From an uncultured bacterium (lineage in GTDB: Bacteria; Actinomycetota; Coriobacteriia; Coriobacteriales; Eggerthellaceae), in assembly GCA_905215325.1 (NCBI GenBank), contig CAJMPP010000005.1, positions 11,454-75,453 on the forward strand: a stretch of DNA of 64,000 bases, in the 5' to 3' direction. Position 1 is the first letter of the stretch. Each line of letters begins with the position of its first letter. The notes under the pieces were generated by a model. The model was not told the origin of the DNA. It made no database searches and worked only from the letters and a program-made list of their open reading frames with translations. Made by a program: the position numbers and the translations under genes. Shown here piece by piece: positions 26,498-36,774 of the stretch.

Positions 26498-26950
26498 TTC
26501 GCTTCCTTTCCCGATGCGGCGGCACAGGGCCGCGTAAGAGCCTCAAAAAACGCTTCCATGATACGCGCATCGCGCGCCGAACCCGCAACCGCCGCGCAAT
26601 TTCCGCATACCAAGCGCATAGGGAAACCCCCGCCAGGCCCGGTCGCGCACCGGCGTCATCCCCACCGAAGATGGTCAGTGGGCCAAGATCGCGTTGGTGC
26701 GACGGGTCGCCGAGCGCGTCTGGGGCGAATAAGCGGCCAGCCTACGCAAACCGAATCCGATGCGTCGGACCCCTGAACAATGGTTCCGGGCCTGACTTGT
26801 TTTAACAGGGATATCGCCTGACGCAACGCTTGTTTCGAAAATGGCACCGCTGTGACTTTGTAAACCTGCGCTAAGGTCCGCCGGAAGCGACCCCCCATGA
26901 TAGAATCGCCATTGATTTCAGTCGGGTTCCGCATATAGCAAAGGCTTGGG

Positions 26951-29900
26951 ATGAACAAGCGCACCACCAGCAAAGGCAGCCGAATCTCGCGCGTCCTCAT
27001 GACGGCGCTCACCATCGTGCTCATCTTCCTGTTCCTCGACATCATGTCGCTGGTCGCAGACATGCAAGGCACCGCGCGCGTGGTGAACTACGCCGGCTTG
27101 GTGCGCGGCACCGCGCAACGCATCGTGAAGATGGAAGATGCGGGGCTTGCGCAGGATAAGATGATCGAGTCCGTGGATTCCTACATCGATGGACTGCGCC
27201 ACGGAAGCGACGACCTGGATTTGGTGCGTCTTGACGATGAAGCCTATCAGGCGAAGATGACCGAGCTAGCCGACCGCTTCGCCGACCTTCGCACCGAAAT
27301 CGAGCTCGTTCGCCAAACCGGCTACCAAAACACCGACATCATCGCGAAAAGCGAGGGCTTCTTTGTACTCTGCGACCAGGCCACCGGGCTGGCGGAGGAA
27401 TACTCGCAAGAGAAGGCCACCGCGCTCAACCGCCTGGAGAGCATCGTCATAGCCGATATCGTGGGCCTGCTGGCGTTGTTCGCCATCGAACTTGTCCGCG
27501 CACTGCACACCGCGGCCCTGAACAGGCAGCTGCAGCGCAAAGTGTACCTTGACGAGGCAACGGGCCTTTCCAACAAGAACAAGTGCGAGGAAATCTTGTC
27601 GCAGCCCGAGCCCATCGGCCCCGAAAGCCCCTTGGCCGTGTTCGTGTTCGATCTGAACAACCTTCGCACCATCAACAACAACCTTGGGCACGAAAAGGGC
27701 GACGAATACATCCGCTCTTTCGCACTGCAGCTGGCGAAAGCGCGAAGCCCCCTGTGCTTTACCGGCCGCTATGGCGGCGACGAGTTCTTGGCGGTGCTGC
27801 GCGGCGCCGATGCCGCACAGGCCGCGGAGCTGCTCGACCGGATAAGGCGCGACGCCGATGAGTATTCCCAGGCCCATCCCGATATGCCCATCAGCTATGC
27901 CGCCGGCTACGCCCTGTCCAGCGAATTCGAATCCCCCACCATGCGCGAGCTGTTCCGCCAAGCGGACAAAAACATGTACATAGACAAGAACAACGCGCGC
28001 CTTGCCGAGGCAGCGGCGCGCCAACGGCAAAACGAGCGCATCTTGAAGCGCGTTTCCAGCCTTGGCTTCCATTTCTCCAACTGCATATACTGCGACGCCA
28101 AGCTCGACCAGTACCGCATCCTGCGCGCATCATCGAACATGTTTTTAGCCGACAGCGGCAACTACTCGGGCGCCGTCGAGCACATCGCATGCTCGCTGAC
28201 TTGCGAAGAGCAACGACCCGAGGTGCGCCGCGCACTGCAGCTGGAAACGCTTCGCGAACGCCTTACCCCGCAAAGCGAGCCTATCGAGCTGATCTTGCAA
28301 AGCCCGGCATGGCGCGGCCGCGTCACCGTGCTGCACCTAGACGATAACGAAGAAGGGGCGCTCCATCACTTCGTGGTCGCCCTCGAGCCGTTCTCCGACG
28401 GATCGGCAAGCGAGAAGCAGCAGCTCTCCCGCTACTACGACCAGCTCAGGCAATCCATCCTTGAGAACAGCGGCGGCTACGTAGATGCCCTGCTCGAATC
28501 TGCACAAGCGGCATATTCGGTCGACTTGACCAACGACCGCCTTGAGCAGGTGTTCTTCGAGCCCGACGGGGGCTTCGCCGAACCAGACATGCAGCTACCT
28601 TGCTCCTATACGGCCTTTTGCCGTAAATACGCCGGATCCGTCACCGAGGGCACGCTGGAAAGCTATCGGCTCGCAGATTCCTCGGAGAAGCTGCTTGCGC
28701 GTTTCAAAGGCGGCGCGAACGAGGTGACCATCGAATTCCGCGAAACAAGATCGGACGGCAAACCGCAATGGTTGCAAAAGGTCGTGCTCATGTCGCAGGA
28801 TTCGCAATACCGCATCGACATCCAAGATGAGCTTCCCGTCGTGCGCGGCATCGTGCTGATCAAGAACACCTCGGCGTTCCATGAGCGGGAACAAGCGGAA
28901 AAGCACCGTCTTGAGCAGGCGCTGCAAACCGCCGACTTCGAGAGCAGGGCGAAAACCGAGTTCATGAACCGCATGAGCCATGACTTCCGCACGCCCATCA
29001 ACGGGATTTTGGGCATGCTCAACATCATCGAAGCGAGCGAGCAGGACCCCGCGAAAACCCGCCAATGCCTGGACAAGATCCAAACATCGGCGAACCACCT
29101 GCTCGACCTGGTCAACGACGTGCTCGACATGAACAAGCTCAGCTCCGGGCAGGCGGTGCTCGAGCAGGACGAGTTCGACCTCCTGGAATTGGCCGATGAC
29201 GTGGAATCGCTCGTTGCCGCCCAGATACAGGAAAGCGGCATTTCCCACAAACGGTTCCGCAAAGACATGAGGCACACCCAGCTCGTCGGCAGCGACCTGC
29301 GGTTGCGACAGATCATGCTCAATCTGTTCAGCAACGCCATCAAGTACAACAAGCCCGGCGGGAAGGTGGATACGTACATCACCGAGCTTTCATGCGACGG
29401 CCACACGGCGCTGTTCGAGTTCAAGATCGCCGACACCGGCATCGGCATGAGCGAGGAGTTCGTGTCCGAGCACCTGTTCAAGCCGTTCACGCAAGAGCAG
29501 AACAACGCACGCACCCGCTACCAGGGCACCGGCCTGGGCATGTCCATCGTGAAAACGCTCATCGACGCCATGAACGGCACCATCAGCGTGCAAAGCACGC
29601 CCGATGTTGGAACGGAGATAACCTTCACGCTGCCGTTCAAGGTAAACGACAACGTAGCGGCGCACCCCGAACGCGCGCAGGCCGCCCCGCAAGCTAGGGG
29701 CTCCCTTTCCGGCAAGCGCGTGTTGCTGGTCGAGGATAACGACCTGAACATGGAGATCGCCGAGTTCTACTTGGACCACGCCGGCGCTGCCGTGGTCAAA
29801 GCATGGAACGGCAAGGAGGCGGTCCGGATGTTCGCAAGCTCGAAGCCGGGCACGATCTCGCTGATCTTGATGGACCTGATGATGCCCGTCATGGACGGCT

Positions 29901-30088
29901 ACGAGGCCACCCGCGCCATACGCGAACTCGACCACCCCGACGCGTCCACCGTGCCCATCATCGCCATGACGGCCAACGCCTTCGACGAGGACCGCAAGAA
30001 ATCGAAGGCCGCCGGGATGAATGCGCACCTGGCGAAACCGCTTGATATGCAGGCGCTGCTGTCCGCAGCCGGACGTTTCTGCAGATAG
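26951..30088 (+). CDS. Multidomain sensor: TM, four-helix PilJ/NarX-like sensor, TM, GGDEF, two PAS-like regions, HisKA, HATPase_c, REC
   Basis: 1045 aa. VNYAGLVRGTAQRIVK is a PilJ/NarX-type P-box-like motif lying between two TM segments. RYGGDEF is intact. H-box SHDFRTPINGI, N/G boxes NAIKYN...DTGIGM...GTGLGM, receiver LILMDLMMPVMDG...AKP. Confidence 0.85.
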   Translation: MNKRTTSKGSRISRVLMTALTIVLIFLFLDIMSLVADMQGTARVVNYAGLVRGTAQRIVKMEDAGLAQDKMIESVDSYIDGLRHGSDDLDLVRLDDEAYQAKMTELADRFADLRTEIELVRQTGYQNTDIIAKSEGFFVLCDQATGLAEEYSQEKATALNRLESIVIADIVGLLALFAIELVRALHTAALNRQLQRKVYLDEATGLSNKNKCEEILSQPEPIGPESPLAVFVFDLNNLRTINNNLGHEKGDEYIRSFALQLAKARSPLCFTGRYGGDEFLAVLRGADAAQAAELLDRIRRDADEYSQAHPDMPISYAAGYALSSEFESPTMRELFRQADKNMYIDKNNARLAEAAARQRQNERILKRVSSLGFHFSNCIYCDAKLDQYRILRASSNMFLADSGNYSGAVEHIACSLTCEEQRPEVRRALQLETLRERLTPQSEPIELILQSPAWRGRVTVLHLDDNEEGALHHFVVALEPFSDGSASEKQQLSRYYDQLRQSILENSGGYVDALLESAQAAYSVDLTNDRLEQVFFEPDGGFAEPDMQLPCSYTAFCRKYAGSVTEGTLESYRLADSSEKLLARFKGGANEVTIEFRETRSDGKPQWLQKVVLMSQDSQYRIDIQDELPVVRGIVLIKNTSAFHEREQAEKHRLEQALQTADFESRAKTEFMNRMSHDFRTPINGILGMLNIIEASEQDPAKTRQCLDKIQTSANHLLDLVNDVLDMNKLSSGQAVLEQDEFDLLELADDVESLVAAQIQESGISHKRFRKDMRHTQLVGSDLRLRQIMLNLFSNAIKYNKPGGKVDTYITELSCDGHTALFEFKIADTGIGMSEEFVSEHLFKPFTQEQNNARTRYQGTGLGMSIVKTLIDAMNGTISVQSTPDVGTEITFTLPFKVNDNVAAHPERAQAAPQARGSLSGKRVLLVEDNDLNMEIAEFYLDHAGAAVVKAWNGKEAVRMFASSKPGTISLILMDLMMPVMDGYEATRAIRELDHPDASTVPIIAMTANAFDEDRKKSKAAGMNAHLAKPLDMQALLSAAGRFCR

Positions 30089-30115
30089 ACCGCTGAAACA
30101 CGCAAGCTTGCACCA

Positions 30116-30159
30116 AAACAAGTCGGGCCCGGAACAAAGGTTTCGGGCCCGACTTGTTT
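30116..30159. terminator. Bidirectional hairpin between the convergent sensor and ung genes
   Basis: AAACAAGTCGGGCCC - 14 nt loop - GGGCCCGACTTGTTT (15-bp stem). Confidence 0.6.
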
Positions 30160-30210
30160 CAGCACGCGATGCCGCCCGAAAAGGCACATAGGCGGCGAAG
30201 GGCGCCACCC

Positions 30211-30942
30211 CTACCCCGCAAGCACGCTCTGCCAGTCGATGGGCCGCTCGCCCGCTTCCTCCAAGATGCGATTGACCCGGGAATACGGCCGCGACCCCAT
30301 GAACGCGGGCAACGTGGCGGTGGCACGATTGGCCGAAAGCGGCGAAGGGTGCGTGCTCTTGAGCACGTGCTTGTTGGCAAGCGATGCCGCCGCAGGACCC
30401 GCCTCCACGGCCCTCCAAGCCCCGTCCACCAAATCGATGGCGTGCTTGCCCCAGGTCAGGAACACCACAGGCTGCGGCACCTCCAGGCAACGGCGCACCA
30501 CATGGTCGGTGAGCACCCGCCAGCCCAACTTGGCGTGCGATGCCGCGGCGTGCTCGCGCACCGTGAGCGTGGTGTTGAGCAACAGCACGCCCTGCGCGGC
30601 CCACGAGGTCAAATCCCCGCTCTCGGGCATTGGGCACCCCAGGTCGGCGGCCATCTCCTTGTACATGTTGCGAAGGCTAGGAGGCAGCTTGCAGCCGGCG
30701 GGCACGGAAAACGACAGTCCCATGGCCTGCCCCGGCCCGTGATACGGGTCCTGGCCCAAGATGACCACCCGCACGTCCGCAGGCGCGGTGAACGCAAGCG
30801 CGTTGAGGATATCGTCTTGCGGAGGATAGATGGTCTGCGCATCCCGCATGGCCTCCACCTGTGACAACAGCTTCTGCGTGGTTTCGCGCACCTGATCGGG
30901 CGCGGCGTCGAGCCATGCGTTCACGTTCTCATTCGAGCCCAT
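30211..30942 (-). CDS. ung: Uracil-DNA glycosylase, family 1
   Basis: 243 aa. Motifs: GQDPYHG, LLLNT, HPSPLS. Confidence 0.9.
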   Translation of the reverse strand: MGSNENVNAWLDAAPDQVRETTQKLLSQVEAMRDAQTIYPPQDDILNALAFTAPADVRVVILGQDPYHGPGQAMGLSFSVPAGCKLPPSLRNMYKEMAADLGCPMPESGDLTSWAAQGVLLLNTTLTVREHAAASHAKLGWRVLTDHVVRRCLEVPQPVVFLTWGKHAIDLVDGAWRAVEAGPAAASLANKHVLKSTHPSPLSANRATATLPAFMGSRPYSRVNRILEEAGERPIDWQSVLAG

Positions 30943-31064
30943 GGGGCCTCCTTCTCATCCGGCGCATCCCGCCTACCTCGCTTCGTCATTCGATCATCAT
31001 CTATCGAACGCTTTACCGACGCGGGCGCTTTGCCTACGGCCGTCGACAGCCGCGCCGCCAAGCG

Positions 31065-31487
31065 CTACCTTCCGCGGCGGTACTCCTTCACGCGCTCGCA
31101 AAACGTTGCCAGCTCATCGGGCGTCATCTCGTCAAGCCGCTCCAGGTTCTCGGCGAAATGCGCCAGCGTGCCCTCCTGGCGCTGCCGCAGCATGGCGTTG
31201 CAATAGCTGACCACCACGCCGGTGATAAGGGCGATGTAGAAGATGCTCACCACGCTGAGCAGCACGGTGGCGATGCGCGCCACCGGACCCGCCGCCGTCA
31301 CGTCGCCGAAACCGATGGTGGAAACGGCCTGGAAGCTGAACCACATGCCGTCGCCGAACGTGTTCGCCACCGGGTCGGCAAGCCACACCGCCAGCGAGCA
31401 CAGCAGGAACACGATGACGAACAGGCAGGTGATGGGGCCGAAGCCTGCCTGCCGCTCGATCTCCACGAGCATGCGCAGCCTACGCAT
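31065..31487 (-). CDS. Small two-TM potassium channel (Ion_trans_2 type)
   Basis: 140 aa. Selectivity filter TIGFGD lies between two hydrophobic helices. Its ATG overlaps the ClC stop (ATGCGTAG). Confidence 0.8.
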   Translation of the reverse strand: MRRLRMLVEIERQAGFGPITCLFVIVFLLCSLAVWLADPVANTFGDGMWFSFQAVSTIGFGDVTAAGPVARIATVLLSVVSIFYIALITGVVVSYCNAMLRQRQEGTLAHFAENLERLDEMTPDELATFCERVKEYRRGR

Positions 31488-32856
31488 GGCGCACCCCTTC
31501 CCTATCCGAAGGATCAGAGCCGGGCGCGTCTTCGCCGCCGTCGGGCAAATCCTGAGCCTTTTGCGGGCTCAACGCCTGCGGCAGGGGGATGGCCGCGCCG
31601 ATGGCGGCCGCGGCCAGCATCACGATCACGCCCTTGAGCGGGAAGCACATGACCAGCAGAAGCGCCGCCATGAGCGGCTGGCGCATGACCGCGCCCATAA
31701 GCGCCGAGGTGCATGCGGCAACGCAGAACACCGCGTCGGCGCCGCTGATCTGCGCAAAGCCGTAGCCAAGCGCGATTCCCGAGAAGATGACCGGGAAGAA
31801 ATGGCCGCCGCGCCATCCAAGCTTGATGCAGGCGGGGGTGAGCGCCGCCTTCACGAAGCCCGTCGCCACCAACGCGCCCGCCGGGATGGCGGTCCAGCGC
31901 GCCATGAGCAGGGTGGACTGCGTTTCGCCGGCGAACATGGCATAGGGAAGCGCCATGCCGCAAAGCGCCAGGGCCAAGCCGGCCAGCATCGCCTTGGCGA
32001 CGGGACGGTCGCCCATACGGCGCGCCAACGCGCCGGCAGCCGCGCCCGAAGCGTGGTATGCCCAACCGCAGGCCGTGCCCGCAAGCGCCAACGGCACCAG
32101 CCACGCAAGCTCGCGCGGCCCCACGTTGGCCGTCGTGAAACGCGGCAGCCCGCCTCCGCCGCCGATCAGCTCGGCAAGCCCGAAGAACGCCCCAAGGGCG
32201 CCCACCACGGCGCACAGGTACACCGCCGTTTTGCCGGCGCGCGGCAGCTTGATGTCCGCCTCGCCTTCCGGCACGCGCCCGTCGGCCGTGCCCGCAAGAG
32301 GCGCGGCGAAGCCGTAGAGCGGGGCGGTGAACAGGGCCGTCAACGCCGCCTGCGTACCAGCCACGGTCATGGCGCGGAAGTCGGCGCCGAAACGGCGCAT
32401 GCGGTCCCCCACCCACGTGCACAGACCGGCGATCACGCCCGTCAGGCCCGCCTCGGGGCCCACGCTGCCGCCGAACAAAAGCGGCAGCAGCGCCGAGAGC
32501 GAGCGCTTGCCAAGATGGTCGTAAGGGTAGCGCCCCTCGCCTTTCACCTTGCCCATGACCACGTTCAGCTCCTCGGGGGCGAAGCCGACATGCTTGTCGT
32601 ACAGCCCGATCGCAAGGCCGCCGATCAGGCACACGATCAGCGGCCATGCGGCGAACCCGAACGGCCCCGACGCCAGCGCCGGAACCTCCTGGCCCGCCGC
32701 CGCCCCAAGCATCTGCGGCAGCTTCTTCCACAAAAGCCCCAGGCCTATGTCCATGCAGAAGAAGAACGCCCACACGAACGCGCCGGCGATGGCGCCCGTG
32801 ATCAGCACGCACAGCGCGAACAGCAGCCGGTTCGCCGGCTTGGCAAGCTTGCCCAT
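31480..32856 (-). CDS. ClC-family chloride channel / H+-Cl- antiporter
   Basis: 458 aa, very hydrophobic. Contains GGSVGPEAGL and other ClC helix-N-terminus motifs. Confidence 0.8.
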   Translation of the reverse strand: MGKLAKPANRLLFALCVLITGAIAGAFVWAFFFCMDIGLGLLWKKLPQMLGAAAGQEVPALASGPFGFAAWPLIVCLIGGLAIGLYDKHVGFAPEELNVVMGKVKGEGRYPYDHLGKRSLSALLPLLFGGSVGPEAGLTGVIAGLCTWVGDRMRRFGADFRAMTVAGTQAALTALFTAPLYGFAAPLAGTADGRVPEGEADIKLPRAGKTAVYLCAVVGALGAFFGLAELIGGGGGLPRFTTANVGPRELAWLVPLALAGTACGWAYHASGAAAGALARRMGDRPVAKAMLAGLALALCGMALPYAMFAGETQSTLLMARWTAIPAGALVATGFVKAALTPACIKLGWRGGHFFPVIFSGIALGYGFAQISGADAVFCVAACTSALMGAVMRQPLMAALLLVMCFPLKGVIVMLAAAAIGAAIPLPQALSPQKAQDLPDGGEDAPGSDPSDREGVRHA

Positions 32857-33203
32857 GAAAACCCCTTGGCTTCAAGCTGCGAACCGGAGGCGCGCAGCGT
32901 TGCGGATATGTCAGCCATATTGTAACCGTTGACCCGCTTTGCAAGCCAAGGCTCCTCCCCCAACACGACATGCCCAAGCCGCAAGGAGCGCTTCCGCCTG
33001 CAGCATAACCGACCCGTTCACGGCACGCCGCCATCCCGTTTCCCTCCCGTTGGAAACGCGGGCCAAACGTCATGCGCGCAAGCGGAAACGAACAACGATG
33101 CTGCGCGACGAATGTCCCGCAGAAGGCAACATCGGACGCGGGCGCCGCTGCCCACGCTGCCACCGCGCGTACCCAAAACCCTATGGGCAGCAATGCCTTG
33201 GCA

Positions 33204-33253
33204 ACAAAAAACCGCCTTCCGCCCCTGGTTGCCCCAGGAAGCGGAAGGCGGTT
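33204..33253 (-). terminator. Rho-independent terminator after pit
   Basis: On the minus strand, AACCGCCTTCCGC pairs with GCGGAAGGCGGTT (13-bp stem, structured loop), followed by TTTTTTG. Confidence 0.65.
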
Positions 33254-33308
33254 CGAAAAGCGGTCGAAGCCGAAACCCCGAAAGCGCCGACAAACAGCAG
33301 GCGCGGCT

Positions 33309-34358
33309 TTAAGCCAGCATCATGAACAGCTTGGCCAGCACGAAACCGATAAGGCCGCATGCCGGGAACGTGATCACCCATGCCAGCAGCATGTTCTTGG
33401 CGATGCTCCAGTTCACGCGCTTGATGGAACGGCTGGCGCCCACGCCCATGATAGCCGAGGTGTTGCAGTGGCCTGTGGAAACCGGCATGCCGGTAAGGCT
33501 TGCGAACAGCAGCGTGAACACCGTGGAGAAGTTGGCGGCCACGCCCTGGTACTTCTCCAGCTTCACCATATCCATGCCCACGGACTTGATGATGCGCTTG
33601 CCGCCCACCACCGTGCCGGCCGAGATTGCCAGCGAGCACGTGATCATGACCCACATGGGGAAGCCGCCCGCATCGGGCGTGGAGCTGCCGAAGGAAAGCG
33701 CGATGCCCAACATGGCGATGGACATGAACTTCTGGCCGTCCTGCGCGCCGTGCAAAAACGACAGCGCCACCGCGCACAGGTCCTGGATAGCGGTGAAGAC
33801 GATGTTTGCCGCCTGGCGGTTGGCCATCTCGAACACGCGCTCGATGATCTTCGTGAACACCCAGCCCAGCGCAAAGCCCGCCAGCAGGGAGAACACCATG
33901 CCGTAGATGACCTTAACCCACTCGGAGGGCACGACGCCCGCCCAGCCGTTCATAGCCACCGCGCCGCCGGTGATGCCGGCGATAAGGGAGTGCGATTTCG
34001 AACAAGGGATGCCGAAGAACCAGCAGAAGATGCCCCAGCCAATGGCGCCGATCATGGCCGCCACCAGGGCAAGCAAGGCGGCATCGGTGTTTCCCGAAAA
34101 GTCGACCATGCCGAACATGGTCTTCGCCACGGCCGTGGAGATGAACGTCATGCCCACCAGGCCGACGAAGTTGAACACGGCGGCCAAGCCGATGGCCGTG
34201 TTCGGCTTAAGGCAACGCGTGGAGACCACCGTCGCGATGGCGTTCGGCGCGTCGGTTGCGCCGGACACCGCGGTAACGCCGATGATGAGCACCAAAATGA
34301 CGAACAGGATAGGCTGAGCCATAGCCTGTGCGAGAAAGTCAGCAAACGTAAGCGCCAT
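33309..34358 (-). CDS. PiT-family inorganic phosphate transporter
   Basis: The track ORF is 33309-34412. ATG 34358 is preferred (MALTFADFL...). PHO4 signatures: GATDAPNAIAT and GAQDGQKFM. Confidence 0.85.
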   Translation of the reverse strand: MALTFADFLAQAMAQPILFVILVLIIGVTAVSGATDAPNAIATVVSTRCLKPNTAIGLAAVFNFVGLVGMTFISTAVAKTMFGMVDFSGNTDAALLALVAAMIGAIGWGIFCWFFGIPCSKSHSLIAGITGGAVAMNGWAGVVPSEWVKVIYGMVFSLLAGFALGWVFTKIIERVFEMANRQAANIVFTAIQDLCAVALSFLHGAQDGQKFMSIAMLGIALSFGSSTPDAGGFPMWVMITCSLAISAGTVVGGKRIIKSVGMDMVKLEKYQGVAANFSTVFTLLFASLTGMPVSTGHCNTSAIMGVGASRSIKRVNWSIAKNMLLAWVITFPACGLIGFVLAKLFMMLA

Positions 34359-34612
34359 GCAATTCCCCATACTCGTAAGAGCTGCGTCAATTTTTTGACG
34401 TACGCCTAACAATACTACATTCGACCATGCGAACGCTATGCCTTAACCCCTGCTTCTTCCATCAACTTTTTCGCGCCGCGCGCCATCGGGCGGCCGAACG
34501 CCGACGGTTCCACCGACAACCCGCCCGCACCGCCCCCGGAAACGCAACGGTCGAGGCGCCGCCGCGCAGCAGCACCCCGACCGCAAAACACGATGAGCCG
34601 CCCGAACCGGCG

Positions 34613-36568
34613 CTAGCGCCCGCCCTCGGCGATCTGACCGTCCCGATACGCCTCCAGCAGCTGCTCAAGATCCTCGACGCGGCGACGGATATCGGCGCCG
34701 TCGTCGGTGTCGGCCACCAGCGTGCGATGCTCGACGCGCTCGACCACGCGGCGGCTCGAGTGGATGTCGAGCTCTTCGACCACTGCCGCAGCCGCGGACT
34801 TCAGCGGCTCGTGCGCCGCCAGGATGAACTCGTAGGAGTTGTCGATAAGCGTGTAGCCGGCGATGCCCGTGGTGGGCTGGTAAGCCCTTGAGAACCCGCC
34901 GTCGATCATGAACACGCGCCCGCCGCACTTCACGGGGTCCTCGCCATCCTTGACCTTGACCGGCACGTGCCCGCACACGATATGCGACGTCTCCGGGTCC
35001 ATGCCGAAGTCCTCGAAGATGCCCGCGATCACGCGCTCGTCCTCGATAAGCGTGTAGAAGGGGTTCTTCACCTCCTTGCGCGCGGCCTTGTCGGCGATGA
35101 GATACAGCTCGAAGGTGGCCATCTTGCTCTTCGCGAACAGAGGACTTCCCTCGCCCAGCCACAGGTACCACAAAAGGTCGCGACCGCGGCGGCTCTCCTC
35201 GGCGTCATGGCTGAAGAAGGCGGCGCGCACATAGCGCTCCATCACATCGTAGAGCGCGCGGCCCTTGTAGCGGCTGCCGAACACGTCCACTTCCTTCAGG
35301 CTGCCGTCGGCGTTGAGCGGCACGCAGGCATGGAACATGAGGTTGCCGTTGCGGATCTTGTACAGGCTGCCCACTTCCAGGAAGAAGCGCATATGGCGCT
35401 GCAGCTTCTCGCATCCGGTGAACGCGGCCTCCAAGCGGCACATCACCTCTTCCTCGGCCGGCGTGAGCGCGAAGGGGTTTTGCGGGTCAACCGTGGGGAA
35501 CACGCGGTCGGTCAGCGGGTACTCCACGCCGTCGACCACCACGGTGCCCGCCTCGTAGTCGATCTTGTCCAGCAGCTTGCGGCTTTCCAGCCCGAACTCG
35601 GGGTACTCGTCGATCAACGCCGCCTCCACCTTGAACTGGATGATGGCCATGGCCTTCTGGATCTTCACGTTCATCTCAAGCTCGGACGGCGGCAGGTCGG
35701 GGTTGCCCTTCAGGCCGAAAGCCACGCACGGGTCGTCGCGATACGCGTCAAGCGCGAAGCTTGCCAGCGGCAGGATGTTGATGCCGTAGGCGTCCTCCAA
35801 GATGGACAGGTTGCCGTAGCGGGCGCAGTTGCGCACCACGTGCGCGATACAGCCGCGCTGTCCGAGGGCCGCGCCCATCCACACGATGTCGTGGTTGCCC
35901 CACTGGATGTCCACATTATGCTGCGCCTGCAGCGTCTCCATGATGACGTCGGGCTGCGGGCCGCGATCGTAGATGTCGCCGATGATATGCAGCTGGCTGA
36001 TCGCCAGGCGCTGGATGAGCTGCGCAAGCGCCTCGATGAGCGCGATGCCGCGCCCTGTGCGCACCGCCGCGTCGATGATGCCCGCGTAGTACGCTTCCTT
36101 GTCCACGCCGTGGTTGTCCTCGTTCATCAGTTCCTCGATGATGTAGGCGAACTCGGCGGGCAGCGCCTTGCGCACGCGGCTGGTGGTGTACTTGCGGGCG
36201 GCGCGCTTGCACACGGCCACCAGGCGCGGCACCACCGTGGCGTACCAAGAGCGCTCGTCTTCCACGCCCGCCAAGATCAGCTTCGCCTTCTCGCGCGGGT
36301 AGTAGATGAGCGTGGCAAGCTCGCGCTTCTCCGCCTCGGAGAGGTCGTCGCCGAACGCCTCGTCGACCTTCAGGCGGATCGAGCCCGACCCGTTGCGCAG
36401 GATATGGCTGAACGCCTCGGATTCGCCGTGGATGTCGGAGCAAAAGAACTCCGTGCCCTTCGGGAGGTTCAGGATGGCGCTCAGGTTGATGATCTCGGCC
36501 GCCGCCAGCTCCTGCGTGGGAAATGATCGGGCCAACAATTCCAAGTAGCGCTTCTGATCCGCTTCCAT
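34613..36568 (-). CDS. fbp: Fructose-1,6-bisphosphatase, class 3
   Basis: 651 aa. KRYLELLARSFPT, CSDIHGE and GDIYDRGP metallophosphatase motifs. The length is typical of class 3 FBPase. Confidence 0.9.
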   Translation of the reverse strand: MEADQKRYLELLARSFPTQELAAAEIINLSAILNLPKGTEFFCSDIHGESEAFSHILRNGSGSIRLKVDEAFGDDLSEAEKRELATLIYYPREKAKLILAGVEDERSWYATVVPRLVAVCKRAARKYTTSRVRKALPAEFAYIIEELMNEDNHGVDKEAYYAGIIDAAVRTGRGIALIEALAQLIQRLAISQLHIIGDIYDRGPQPDVIMETLQAQHNVDIQWGNHDIVWMGAALGQRGCIAHVVRNCARYGNLSILEDAYGINILPLASFALDAYRDDPCVAFGLKGNPDLPPSELEMNVKIQKAMAIIQFKVEAALIDEYPEFGLESRKLLDKIDYEAGTVVVDGVEYPLTDRVFPTVDPQNPFALTPAEEEVMCRLEAAFTGCEKLQRHMRFFLEVGSLYKIRNGNLMFHACVPLNADGSLKEVDVFGSRYKGRALYDVMERYVRAAFFSHDAEESRRGRDLLWYLWLGEGSPLFAKSKMATFELYLIADKAARKEVKNPFYTLIEDERVIAGIFEDFGMDPETSHIVCGHVPVKVKDGEDPVKCGGRVFMIDGGFSRAYQPTTGIAGYTLIDNSYEFILAAHEPLKSAAAAVVEELDIHSSRRVVERVEHRTLVADTDDGADIRRRVEDLEQLLEAYRDGQIAEGGR

Positions 36569-36704
36569 GAAAACCTCCTCAGGTCATCGCACAGTGATGG
36601 CACGATGGTACCGCGCGCAGCCCTCCCCCGCACACCCACACCGGTAAACGGCGCAACCCGAACGCAGGCGCGCCAGGCGGACGCGCAACGGGATTGGGCG
36701 GAGG

Positions 36705-36774
36705 CCGGACACTTGGGGACGTAGGCTTATCTGTCCGAATTCGGACAGATAAGCCTACGTCCCCAAGTGTCCGG
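36705..36774. repeat. Perfect 70-bp palindrome (35-nt arms) built from two inverted copies of a repeat unit
   Basis: CCGGACACTTGGGGACGTAGGCTTATCTGTCCGAA|TTCGGACAGATAAGCCTACGTCCCCAAGTGTCCGG. Checked base by base as an exact reverse complement. A partial third copy, CGTCCCCAAGTGTCCG, lies at 36788-36803. Confidence 0.9.

Noticed and set aside
26640-26731. Short frame ending ...TGVIPTEDGQWAKIALVRRVAERVWGE* in the ddh/sensor spacer, possibly a gene remnant
   Set aside because: There is no start codon, a stop lies only about 38 codons upstream, and there is no recognisable family. The evidence is insufficient.
32857-32960. Fluoride riboswitch upstream of the ClC gene
   Set aside because: The conserved crcB-motif core (GGCGATG...GCTGATG/CCTCTAC pseudoknot) is not present in the leader.
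31243-33193. 560-aa (+) and 559-aa (-) ORFs over the ClC region
   Set aside because: These are alternative or antisense frames of the ClC gene with Arg/Gly/Ala-rich junk composition. Only the 31480-32856 minus frame is hydrophobic and ClC-like.
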